Below are positions 52,565 through 64,000 of a DNA stretch of 64,000 nt, piece by piece. A program made the position numbers and the translations under genes. The notes under the pieces are model-generated. The model saw only the letters and a list, made by a program, of their open reading frames with translations. It was not told the origin of the DNA and made no database searches. The stretch is from Octopus sinensis (Eukaryota), in contig NC_043003.1 in NCBI RefSeq assembly GCF_006345805.1, forward strand, positions 81,220,001 through 81,284,000, written 5' to 3'. Within the stretch, counting starts at the first letter, position 1, and each line of letters opens with the position of its first letter.

Positions 52565-52612
<48 letters not shown>

Positions 52613-52861
52613 ATATATATATATGTGTGTATATTTATATGTGTATATATATATAATCAATATTAGGTTTACTTTATTGCTGTTGTCATTACTAAAGCTT
52701 CTGGCATAAAGAAATTAAGATAAATCAACAATAAATTGTTTTCAAGGACTATCAGGAAATGAAGTGTCTATCAACAGATTTTAATGTATCATTATAGAAA
52801 ATAGAATACAAGAATCTACACAAATATAAATTTCTAACTTTAGTACATGGGCTGCAGTTTC

Positions 52862-53030
52862 GGTGAATGGATAAGTCGATCAGATTCGCCCAGTGCCCCA
52901 GTGGTGCTTATTTTAAGGAATCTGAAAGGCCGAAAGGCAAAACTGACCGCGGCGGAATTTGACTCAGAACGTACAAACTCTAGGGATTTTACCTGGGGTG
53001 CTAACGATTCTTGTATCTCACCGCCTAACC
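52862..53030 (-). mobile_element. SINE family A
   Basis: gataagtcgatc...gaaaggcaaaactgaccgcggcggaatttgactcagaacg...gtgctaacgattc. Confidence 0.85.
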
Positions 53031-53057
53031 TATCCAAATATTAGTTTCGAACTTTTC

Positions 53058-53180
53058 TCCTGGGAATACAATTTCGAGGGAGGAGGTAAGTCGATTACAT
53101 CGACACCGGTACTCAACTGATACTTGTTTTATCAACACCGAAATGAAGAAAGGCGAAATCGACCTCGGTGGAATATCCAT
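53058..53180 (-). mobile_element. SINE family A, 3' half
   Basis: gtaagtcgattacatcgac...tactcaactgatacttgttttatc...gaaaggcgaaatcgacctcggtggaat. Confidence 0.85.
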
Positions 53181-54499
53181 CAAATGTAAATAATGTAATA
53201 TTTTTTACTTTGTTCAGCTCTATGAATTTAATGTGTTTTTTTTAATGCTTTCAAACATTGCGTGATACAAGAAAACAGAAATTGGAAAAATCCTGGCCAA
53301 AACAGAGAAATTGTAAGTTAACAAAAATATAGAAATAGAAAGAAAAGGTGTATTCAAAAGCCAAAAGATGTTTTTTAGATGGGGTGTAATTTTATAATTA
53401 AAGCAAAATTCTAAATTTAAATTTCGGAAGATAAGACTTAACATGTTATCTGGTGTATGGCCGAATTCAAATGGGAAGAAGACCTAAACAAATGTGTATG
53501 CGTGTGGTTGGGTCTTTGATAGCCAGGGGTCAATCTCAGTTCAATAGTAGAAAGGAATTCAAAGGAATTCAGCCACTCACTCTCTTTCTTTCTCACTTCA
53601 TCTCTCGCTTGCTCGATACACGCGTTAAATTTAACTATCTTAATTTTCCTATAAAAATCGTTGCTGCTTCGGTAGACTAGTAGGTCTGGGTGTTGAGAAG
53701 TACTAATACAACACATAAGTGGTGTTTTCAAATCACTTCCAGAAATTATAAGAAATCTAGGTAAAAAATTTTTATTTAAGCAACAAAATTTCTTTCAACA
53801 ATTTCTTTTTCTTAAGCGTGACGTACGCGTCGGTATGTACAAAAAAATTGGCGCATTGATATTAATAACAATAAGAAATAATTCTATGGAACAACAATTT
53901 ATGATCCTTTTTGGTTAACTTTACACACACAAACCCAGGTTACGCTGACACACAAAATCAAAGTGTCTCCGTCCAGCCTTTGGTGCCATTGTAAAGCCTT
54001 ATTGTTAATGTGGTCCCTGTTAGCTACGCTTGTTTAACCACTTTCAGCCACCTTTCATAGGAATAATAATCATAGAAAAAACTTATCAAGTGTTTCAATT
54101 GTCTCAAGAATAACAGAGGAAAGATAAAACTATTGAATCTATTTCAATCACAGAAATAAACATTTATTCAGAAATGAAGTTTTCTGTCTCCGTTTAACTT
54201 TCATATTTTCCTTTCCGGAAATGAACAATACAGAATTATATTTGACTTATTTGAAAAGAGTAAGCTTTGGCAAATTTTCCAGTAATTTTAAAGAAACGAT
54301 GCAATAACAACTAAAACCACTTTTTAGAGTTGTTTTTTTTTTATATTCAATAATTGTCTTTAATACATATATTTAAACGATCCAAACCTGAACGTGTTTG
54401 TTTTTATAGAGAAAAGTTGTTAATTACTTGTGTATAGTTGCGAGCAAACTAGTATACCACGACTGGTGCTCTGGTAAATTTATACCGAAAATCATTCAC

Positions 54500-55650
54500 A
54501 TTTCAGTACTTTTCTCCATTGAGTTATCTCACTAATCTCTCCAATGAGTTTTCTTTGAGCAGTAATAGCGTAACTTTGCAGCTAATTTTACATTTGTAAT
54601 ATACGCGATTCCATTCCACCCCCTTTCCATCCTTCACTTTTCACAAACTTCCATACAAATACACCAAGTATAAAGTACGTTCAATTACTTCAAACTAACA
54701 AAGCCATTCCAGTCCTTGCCATTATGCTCAAAAATTGCTTGCCAGAGATAGCATATCAAAATCTTCAGTCTCTTCTTCCGTACAGAGATGAAACCTCATT
54801 TTTGCAAATGCGTCAGAGCGCGTGCAATTCCTAAGAAAACCAATCGCCTTTATCCTGCCAAGAATTGCCATATAGAATCACTTCCAGTACCTCTTAGATA
54901 AAGAAACAGTTATTAACAATGGTGCCACTCAACAGTTTTAATTTTACTACGTTTTCCTCTCTTTGGGAAATACCATACCCAGATAGCTACCAACTCTTCT
55001 CTGGCACTAAAAGTGGCTCTTGCTTTGCAGAAATTTGGTAAAAGCAATGATGTCACCTCAATACCAGTAAAGCTTTCATCAGAGTCTGGTACGCAAATTT
55101 CCTATCGAAACAGCCCACCTATGGGCTAACACTACACTTGATTCTTCCAGATATTTCTCAATGATGCATCATCTACTGGCAATTAAGTGACTCTATGCCA
55201 AACTCTCACTGACTCCATGAAGTGAAACTGCGAAAACATCTACCAAAGCGAATATACCGATTATGTTTCGTTCAACCGGAAATGCTACTCATATCAACCT
55301 ATATAAAGAATTTTAGTGATAGCATTTTGATCGAAGGGAACAATCTATACTATACTGCCTGTTTCTGGTATCAAATATGGGACACGACTGGATCAATACT
55401 TTTACCGTATAGTATTATGTATTGCAAAGCAAGCAGTTCCAAGGAGTAAATAGAATGCCGCCTCCTTTTTAGAATAAGCTGAAGTCAATCATCTCTAAAT
55501 ACATTTCTAACACCGTTTCTGCATGACAATTTCATCACCTCAATCAACTAACATATTTCTGGCCTGTTTGTAAGTTAGAAATCAATCCCATTTTATAGCA
55601 TGACCAGCTGTTGTTGTTGATGCTGATGTTGAACTGCGACTGGGATATTG
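54500..55650 (-). pseudogene. Possible heavily decayed L1/Tx1-like LINE ORF1 region
   Basis: Strand-biased, microsatellite-free block; broken frames such as IIEKYLEE and IEVTSLLLPNFCKARAT...EELVAIW resemble octopus L1/Tx1 ORF1 from memory only. Confidence 0.3.
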
Positions 55651-55667
55651 TAATCCCGTCGCCCCTT

Positions 55668-56436
55668 GTTCCCTTTTATTTGACTAAACAGTACAGTTTC
55701 TGTAAAAACTAGATTCAACTAGTGACCAACTCTTCTCTACTGCTCAAAAGCGAACCCTTGCCTAGAATCAGTTTGGTAAAACTAATAATGACACGATCAA
55801 CATCAATAAGGCTTTTGTCTGAGAATTTTTTATCGAAACAATAAACCTTTGACCTCCATCTGTCACATTTTAGATAGGTATTTTCCAGTGATATATGATA
55901 TAGTAATCATTTTTTGTCCTGCATTCCATCATCTAGTTTTGATTTGCTGGTAATAAACTGTAAATTATGCCTCTCGAGAATCAGGTTGGCTCAAATTAAG
56001 GAATGAAATTTAATCATATATAATTTAATTTATTCTACTAAATATACCCCTGAAAGGAAACAGCACAAATAATAGAGAAATTTGATAAAGGTAGCGTTCA
56101 TAATGTGCTAAGATTTCCCCATTATCTTGCAGAGATTGAAATTATTTCAAGTGTTAGCAGTTAATATCAAAAATAGTAGGGGGGCCTCCTATTCCCGATT
56201 GTACTCCACTAGTGATGAGTTTCATATCATGGGCAATTTGAGACACGCCAATCTGTGTAATTCTTCTGACAAAAATTTATCTGTAATCTACAATTCAATT
56301 CTAACTGCTTTAACTAACCTACCTGACGTTCACACAAACATAAACCTGACCCAAATCAATTCAAATCCCTTGACTAGTTCCCTTTTATTTGACTAAACAG
56401 TACAGTTTCTGTAAAAACCAGATCCAACTGGTCACC
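55668..56436 (+). repeat. 60-bp direct repeat pair (55668-55727 and 56377-56436)
   Basis: gttcccttttatttgactaaacagtacagtttctgtaaaaac is identical over 42 bp; 56/60 overall. Confidence 0.96.
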
Positions 56437-56439
56437 GCA

Positions 56440-56980
56440 GAGGATCCCGTTTTGAACTTTGCACTTCGCTACCTCCAGTGTAGGAACAGTTTTGATGCGA
56501 AAGCCCTACAATAGAAGTTTGAACTCTCAAAATTAAAATGTTTCGGTAGCATTTCAACTCTCTGTTCTCTCTCAAATAACCTGCCGACTTAACTCCACTA
56601 CGAAGAATTCCTGTCCACAACATACTCTAAAACATCTCCTCTGAGCTTTTTCCCCACTCATCGTCCACACACACACTACTCTCCAACCTAAATCTAAAAA
56701 CCTAAAAGCACTCCCCGCCACCATGCTACTGTGAAACTGTACCGTGAAACTCATCTCTGAGTACCTTATCAAACTCCTGTCTTCCTTGGTTTCCCCATTT
56801 TCTTTTTCCCGTCAAGAACACTAATCACGCTCACCGCCACTTTACATCATTCTCCTAAAAAGTCATTTTAACCTTATCTCCGCCATGCCAAGCACATCTA
56901 TGAACTTTCTAGATATCTTCATTTATATTCTCACCACCGCACCATCTCCACCTCTCTTTTTAGCAATCGCCTCTCACTCA
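56440..56980 (-). pseudogene. Possible decayed L1/Tx1-like ORF2 C-terminal (zf-RVT) region
   Basis: C-rich plus strand; minus-strand fragments AWWRGVL...DVLEYVV...W..VGRLFEREQRV loosely fit the region around the CCHC knuckle; many stops. Confidence 0.3.
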
Positions 56981-59900
56981 TTCCTTGACTAGGAGAGCCA
57001 AGTGAAAGTGCAGACCATCAAAGTGGGGCAACAGGTGAAGGTGTACTTGAGACACTAGTGACCGGTGTACAAAGAACTGATTTAATATCCATAGAGACTT
57101 AGTATCCATGGGTTCGAGTCGAGATATATGTATGAAACGTTTTCTGAAAAGAGGTGTGGTGAAATAGAGTGATTGGGATAGTGATGGCTACAAAGCAAAC
57201 AGAGGTTTATTTTCCGTCTTCGTGCCACATTGAAACATATTAATAATAGCGTAACTTTTCTTTAGTAACTAAAACTTATACATGCCCTCAGTAAATTAAT
57301 ATTAGTCATATACAAACACAGTATATACACACGCACCGCGCACACAAAATACCTACTTGCAAATCATCCAATATGCACGTCTCTCGTATGTTTCTACCTA
57401 ATTTACATCGACTTCCGTCCTTTACACGCTTCTATACCCTACTACAGTACCAGCAATCCGAGGAGCAAAAACATTATTGATGCCGTAAGAAAAAATAATG
57501 CTTCACAGACATACATACTGCAATCACTATGCACGCATAAACATACAAACAATATACTATGCCTACATTCCTATTCGTTCACACCTCACTTATTTCATAA
57601 TCCCTTTCTCGTATCTGTCAATATCTACCTCCCTCTCGTTCATCACTTTTCTTTTCCGTGATGTGCGCTATCAACGAAAACACACCATTAATTTTCGCTC
57701 AATTTTAATTTTTTTTCTTTTCTCCCTTTTTGCCTGTCCAAGTACAACTGTCCAAAACATTGTTCTCATCCTCTATTTATTCCTTAAAAGGAAACTATAA
57801 ACTATATACTGTTTAAGTTTTTTTTTCATTATTTACCATCTTTTTGCTTTCTAATTCCTATACAGTTTGCGGTGTGGTGATAATAACATTGAAAAAATGT
57901 TGATAGCTTAGAATAAATATATAAGTCTAAGAAAACTTTAAAGAGTATGTAGGAAAATATATACAATGAAATTGTATGAGCCAACAAAATCCTTTTCAGG
58001 CTCACAAAGCACGCTAAAATTAACAACCAAATTTTTATCAATAAGAAATGCACAGCATAGTGAAGCCTGAGATATACTATGTTTAAAGGAGTACGCGATA
58101 GATACATTTGGGTGGCTTTTCACTATATCTGATCATTGTGATTATACAACAGAATCATGTAGAAGTATACGGTATGGTATTCAAATGTACAGAGGCATGA
58201 TATATCTGAACTAACGCATCTTAAATATGCGCTAAGTAGTTTAACGAATTACCTAAACACTTGGTCAAGATAGACCTACTATTACATAACAACTACAACG
58301 CATGGAAAGTTTTCAAGAAACACTATTTAGGTCGCGCTCTTTCTTCCTAACTAAGCTGTTAAACTCAAATCAAAAGAAATCCAGCCTACGTATGAATCTT
58401 AAAGAACTCTCTGATTCAAGAAAATCGAAGAGATTCTGATGGTTATATTCGACTACTTCTAGGATAAGCATTCGCATTTTGGGGACATTGAAGAAATAAT
58501 TGAGTTACGCAAGTTGAGTTACCCAATAATCTGGAAGAGATCCAAAGAATCTCAGTTCAATTTATACATTCTGAATTTCGACATTTTCTTTGTATTTACC
58601 TCTCAGAATTGTTCTTCAGATATGGGGGTTGTAATTCTGTGAATCAAGATGATATTTTAACCTGTGAAATTCTTCAAAATGCCACTTTGCTTGCGAATTA
58701 CTTCCCTCTAAAATTTTCGTACTCTGTCGTTAATGACCAATGCATAACAAATATACGCAAAATACTAATAATTGTGCAGTTGCATTGGTGTTAGTAGTAA
58801 GATATTGGTTCCATCGTATGCTCAGATAGTAGCTATATGCTCCAAAATGTTGTCTGTGATAGTAATTACCGCATCAGTCGATAATTTCATAATAGCAATT
58901 TCATATCAACTTCAACAAAACAAAACAAAAACGAAAAAAATTTCCACATTCCTCTGAGGTCTTCGTAGTGTGTTTTAGTTTTTCTGATGCTTAAACATTT
59001 CAAAGTTAATGCCATTTACATAAAGAGAATGTGTAAGAGAATGTATGAATTTTTTCCAACCACCTGTTGAGCAGATAAACTGTCCGACCAATTGTGATGT
59101 ATTTTTAGTTCGCGATAATTTACACAAAGTGTTATAACATCAAACATTTTCAGGACAAAATATTGATACAAATATCATAATAATGGAACTAAAATTAATG
59201 AAAAGAAGTATTAACATTCCACCCTATAACCATAGATTAACAACTATTGCAGAGAAATCTATGAAAACTTCTCTGACAGCAGATATCAGAAGAAACAAGG
59301 CTATGAAATTAATAGTATAATAATGCACAATTACAAAGCACACCCATAATACTTGAAATTAAAAGCATTGCCAAATAGACCAGATAGAAGAATTATATTT
59401 ACCGTTATGTATTTGCATAAATGGATGTTAGCCAAATAATTTATATTCTCATTTTTTCCTCTAATGAATTAAACATTATCACGTATAACTACAAAACCTC
59501 TGATAGCATAATACATCTGGTACAATAGGCCACGGAATTAATAATATAGTAAGAAACGTTTACAAAACACTCAAAGACTATTGAAATTGAAACCCTGTAA
59601 TATAGCCGAAGAATAGTTATACTTACTGATATATATATATATACGAATATCTTTTATTTCCTTCCACTTATCCACTTATGAATTAAACATTATCACAAAT
59701 GTATAGAGAAATCGGAAAAATAGAAATTTTTATTAGTCATTTGCTTCTGGTGGTTAATTATTATAAAATATTAGGAACCAGCAACATTCTATGAAATAAT
59801 CCGAGTAAACTAACAAGCATGCAAACAATTTACTAAAAACATATTGAATGAGGATTGAGGTTACATATGTTCTTTAGCTGAATAATAATTTGGATCATAA

Positions 59901-60526
59901 TGTTACTGTACATGATGTGAAATACATTCATGCAAGCAGATACTTTGAACTTGATTGATAGACTGGGTAATGGAGAGATGAGTGTCATGAAAACGCTCAT
60001 ACACACACACGCACACACACTCACACACATACACCCCTCTCCCCTATGTGTGTGTGCTTACATATACATACAGAAACATGGATATATATTTGTGTGTGTG
60101 GAATATTACAGAAGCTGACATTATTCTTTGTTCTCATTAAAAAATGACAGAGCTTGGCCATATAGATACAGCGTTGTATCCCCAAAATAATAAACGGCTC
60201 GAAATGGTCTCAAATAAATGCATACATGTCGAAGCTTGAAAGTCATTGACAATAGTGAGGCTGAATAACTGAATAAATGACATATAAAGGCACAGTATTT
60301 AGAAGGATGAAACGTTCTTTACAATGAGGATTATACATGAGTTGTGGAAGGTCTACAGTATTATTTAGGCTATAGCACAACTGATTTATTTACAAGAACC
60401 AGAATAAATGAAAAGACCAAAGTGATGTATATTCAAATGAGAATTCAGTAGAAAAAAAAACTATATATCAATACAAAGATAAAATATATTAAAACATCCC
60501 CATATAATACCAATAATAAAATGTAC

Positions 60527-60586
60527 CTCCCATAATTCTTGATCGTTTTCTGTAATTGATGTAAGTAGGCAGTGGAAACTCTCCAT
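60527..60586 (-). other. Candidate 60-nt exon
   Basis: gcttttttatgccattccag|atggagagtttcc...ttatgggag|gtacat; open in all three frames (e.g. DGEFPLPTYINYRKRSRIMG). Confidence 0.22.
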
Positions 60587-61883
60587 CTGGAATGGCATAA
60601 AAAAGCATTATATTTTAACGGAATTACTTCAAAGGGATTATAATTGTATTATGAGATTTTTTAGCAAATGATGTTTTAACGTAAAGTAATTAGAATAGAA
60701 ACCAAATATTTCAAACGTTTAAAGGATATAACTAAGAAGTTCATAAAGTGATTTCTTCAATTGAAGGAACATAAAAAGACTGAAAATCTTCAAAGACAAG
60801 ATAAAACCACTGAAGAACCATAATTTAAATCTTTATATCATTAGCTGCATTGATGCTACTGAAGAATATGGCAGTAGAGCACGCCGGCATTGCTATGTTT
60901 ACTAACAAGTGAATCTTTGAAGAGTAAACAAACAAACTTTTCTCAAAAGCTTTATTATATACAACTGTGGGATGTACCAGCCTTGAACTCATGATGATCT
61001 AGCATGTAAAGAGAAAGGCCGTGGCATTGTTGTTGGATATTTGTCTGAATGGCCATATAATCGCATTATTAGGGATAAAGGATCTTTCCTAAAGTAATTT
61101 CAGTTGCGATTAAATTATTCCTCAACATTAAGATATAGACTTACTTCACTGTAATGTCAGTTAATTACTTCCAAAGCGTCATGTAAACCGAAGATTTTAT
61201 ACAGTAAAGCAAGACTTTCTACAGAAGTAGTAGCTGTTTCAGTAATCCAATGTCGAAATATTTGAATTAATTTTCTCACTGAGCTTTCCTTACTTATATC
61301 CTTATTCGGCGTGACATTGACCTAGATGACGTGTTAGATTGGTATCAAATACATCATTTTTTAGTATCCAATTACTAATTCTCTATCGTTTCTATGATCA
61401 AGATATTTGTTATAACTCAGCCGAGTCTACAAGGCGTTAATTACGTCTGACGAATAGTACAATTCAATGCTAACGCTAAAGGCCTGCATTGCTGTGGATA
61501 TGCTGAGTATTTCCGTGACTTGAAGTTTTGCTGACTTGAAGGTTACAAATAGTCAGAGGTCACTATAGGAATATAGCTTCGCTATAAAACAAATTGGCAT
61601 TTATACCTGGAAAGGACTGGTAGTCTATACTGCCGGCTTGTCGATTTTACGAAAGGAGAACTACACCTATTTCTTTTACCTCTGTGATATGCGTATTACT
61701 TCACAGAAATTGCTTTTGAAATTCGATAAAAATATAATCTTATATTTATATTCGATACATATATACATATAACGCTTTTGCTCTTATTCCTAGCATTGTA
61801 GGTGTTCTAACACCCCCAGTCACATTTAACGACAATTATAATTTTTTGGTGGGGTGATACATTGCTAAATCGCGACTTAATTT

Positions 61884-61922
61884 AATAATAATAATAAAAT
61901 AATAATAATAATAATAATAATA

Positions 61923-61961
<39 letters not shown>

Positions 61962-62015
61962 CAACAATAATATTAATAATAATAATAAGAATAAGAATAA
62001 TAATAATAATAATAA

Positions 62016-62050
<35 letters not shown>

Positions 62051-62072
62051 CAACAATAATATTAATAATAAT

Positions 62073-62118
<46 letters not shown>
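61884..62118. repeat. (AAT)n array followed by (TA)n
   Basis: Seen directly; the interruption aacaacaacaataatattaat occurs twice, 88 bp apart. Confidence 0.97.
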
Positions 62119-62121
<3 letters not shown>

Positions 62122-62674
62122 TTCAACAATTGAGGGTAAAATTAATTAATTAATCAATTTCACCAAGTGTTCAGTATGCAAAGGGACCATTTAAGGCGAA
62201 TTCAAGTATTACATTATATAAAAGGGCTTAGTAAAATAAATTACTTTGCCGCATACTGAACTCATTAGAAATAGCAGCTAAAAAACATTTATAAAACTAT
62301 TTCTAATACTTAAAGAAAACCTCTCTCATATAGTGTTTGCTCAATTCAACTCACGGAAGTATAGGGGGTAGAGACATTAAAAAATCAGATGCAAAGGTTA
62401 TTTGAGAACGTACGTTTCAAGATTAGTCAAAACTCGACATTTCTATCATCAGCTCAGAACTCCCTGGTTTGGATTTGAAAACACTGAAAGTGGGAGCATA
62501 CTCCTTCGGCCTCCTATCGCTTTTGAAGATCCGCTCGTTACGAGCGGATCTCACTATATGAGAGAGGTTTTCTTTAAGTATTAGAAATAGTTTTATAAAT
62601 GTTTTTTAGCTGCTATTTCTAATGAGTTCAGTATGCGGCAAAGTAATTTATTTTACTAAGCCCTTTTATATAAT
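62118..62674 (+). mobile_element. Asymmetric fold-back element with perfect 123-bp inverted arms
   Basis: 62213-62335 is the exact reverse complement of 62552-62674; 216-bp spacer; unique head 62118-62212; (TA)n on both flanks; related to 5589-5858. Confidence 0.9.
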
Positions 62675-64000
62675 ATATATATATATGTATATATATGCAT
62701 ACGTACAATGTGTATCGATACTTTCCTCTGAGTACAAATGATTAATTATTTTTTTTGTCGAGTTATACAGTAAGCTATTTTTCAAATAGATAGGACAGTG
62801 CTATGAACTGAGCTAAAATCACGCGAACTGAGATTTAAAAAGTTATTCGATGTATGACGAGTATCTTCTATCGTTTTAAGTTTAACAAAGTAGAAGCACA
62901 GGGCGCAGAACGTTGATGACCGTTCCAAATTTTTAAGGTCTAAGTGACTGAGCTCCTCTCTGATTATAATGCAGTTCATTATTCGTAAGATAAACGCTAT
63001 ACAATTCTATTAAAAAGACCTCCAACTGATCGAAATCCATTGGCGACACGGAAGAACTAGCTGGTTGTTTAATCAGGAAATGCTTTCTGTTTAGTAGCTA
63101 GTTCGACGTATTCAGAATAAAAGAATTTTAACCGATTTCGGAGAACTAGTGAGAAAATTGCAATACATGAATATAAAGTATAAATCTAAAATCATAGAAG
63201 CTAACACGTGAAATGAACGTTTGCCTTGGTCTTACTCTATAGCAGACTAAATCTCATATCATTCAGATATAGAAATCGAAAGTCATTTGCAAGTGAATAT
63301 GAAGTATTGCTTCAATACAGTTGATATTAAACTAAATTTTCGGATTATCTTAAACCCTAGATTACATACACTGATAATGTTAGTTCATTGGATTATCTTT
63401 CAGAGTACGTCGATTCTTAACCTTAATGGAAAACAGATTTATTAAAGGTACACATGTACAACCTGGTTGAAATGCAAGATACTCTTCGCAGCAAACACAA
63501 GAGATTATTAATCTACCGAAGTCGTCATTTAATATCTTCGCGGATCGATAACGTGGATGCAACTTGAATATTTAGATGAATCTAATTGACCACAACCAAT
63601 ACTTTCCGCAAAATTGAAGCATCATGTCGATATCAAAAATCTATATCGATGAAACTTTCTAAGGCATAAAGCTATGCATTTTCTCGGGACTAGTTAAGTA
63701 AATTTAATTGACACACCAGTATTAACAGCTACATATTTTATTGACACCCCACAATCTAAACAACCAAAGTTGATAGGATTTGAACTTACAATAATTTTAT
63801 TCCCGTCTATAAATTAATAGTAAATAATAATACTTATGAATTATAAATGTATTGATCTGCAGTAAACGTAAAGACTCCTTTTTTATCTCATAGAAAACAA
63901 AAACAAAAAAACGATTGGTTATCTTATTACGCAAGGCGGTTACGAATATTCAGGGAAATGCAGGAGAGGCAAATCATACAAGTTAAAGTAATAATGGAAA

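Noticed and set aside
57030-57142. Minus-strand ENVSYIYLDSNPW resembles an LRR C-terminal cap
   Set aside because: The required CxC is absent and a stop follows within 8 codons.
58420-58794. Splice-like signals on both strands and the 58609-58794 ORF
   Set aside because: Mutually incompatible models, a 69-nt intron would be needed, and no protein is recognisable.

Overview
AT-rich eukaryotic DNA with very dense microsatellites. It is most likely an octopus (coleoid cephalopod) intron or intergenic region; this is inferred from the repeat landscape and from SINE families I recognise from memory, not from a search. I cannot identify any intact host protein-coding gene, rRNA, tRNA gene or CRISPR array. 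Almost all ORFs in the track are microsatellite read-throughs. Supported content: about 25 copies of three tRNA-derived SINE families (my labels A, B, C), several with target-site duplications; one full-length but dead Tc1 transposon with TIRs and TA duplication (37634-38893); two other Tc1/mariner remnants; a probable non-autonomous Helitron/Helentron; and probable decayed L1/Tx1-like LINE pieces. The most unusual signal is a set of (TA)n-anchored asymmetric fold-back elements (145-424, 5589-5858, 62118-62674). Similar (TA)n-anchored modules elsewhere (4890-5308, 31345-31600) carry degenerate minimal hammerhead-ribozyme-like motifs. Together these best fit relics of Penelope-like retroelements. 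There is also an inverted SINE pair sharing private mutations. A few splice-flanked micro-exon candidates and one signal-peptide-like ORF are reported at low confidence.
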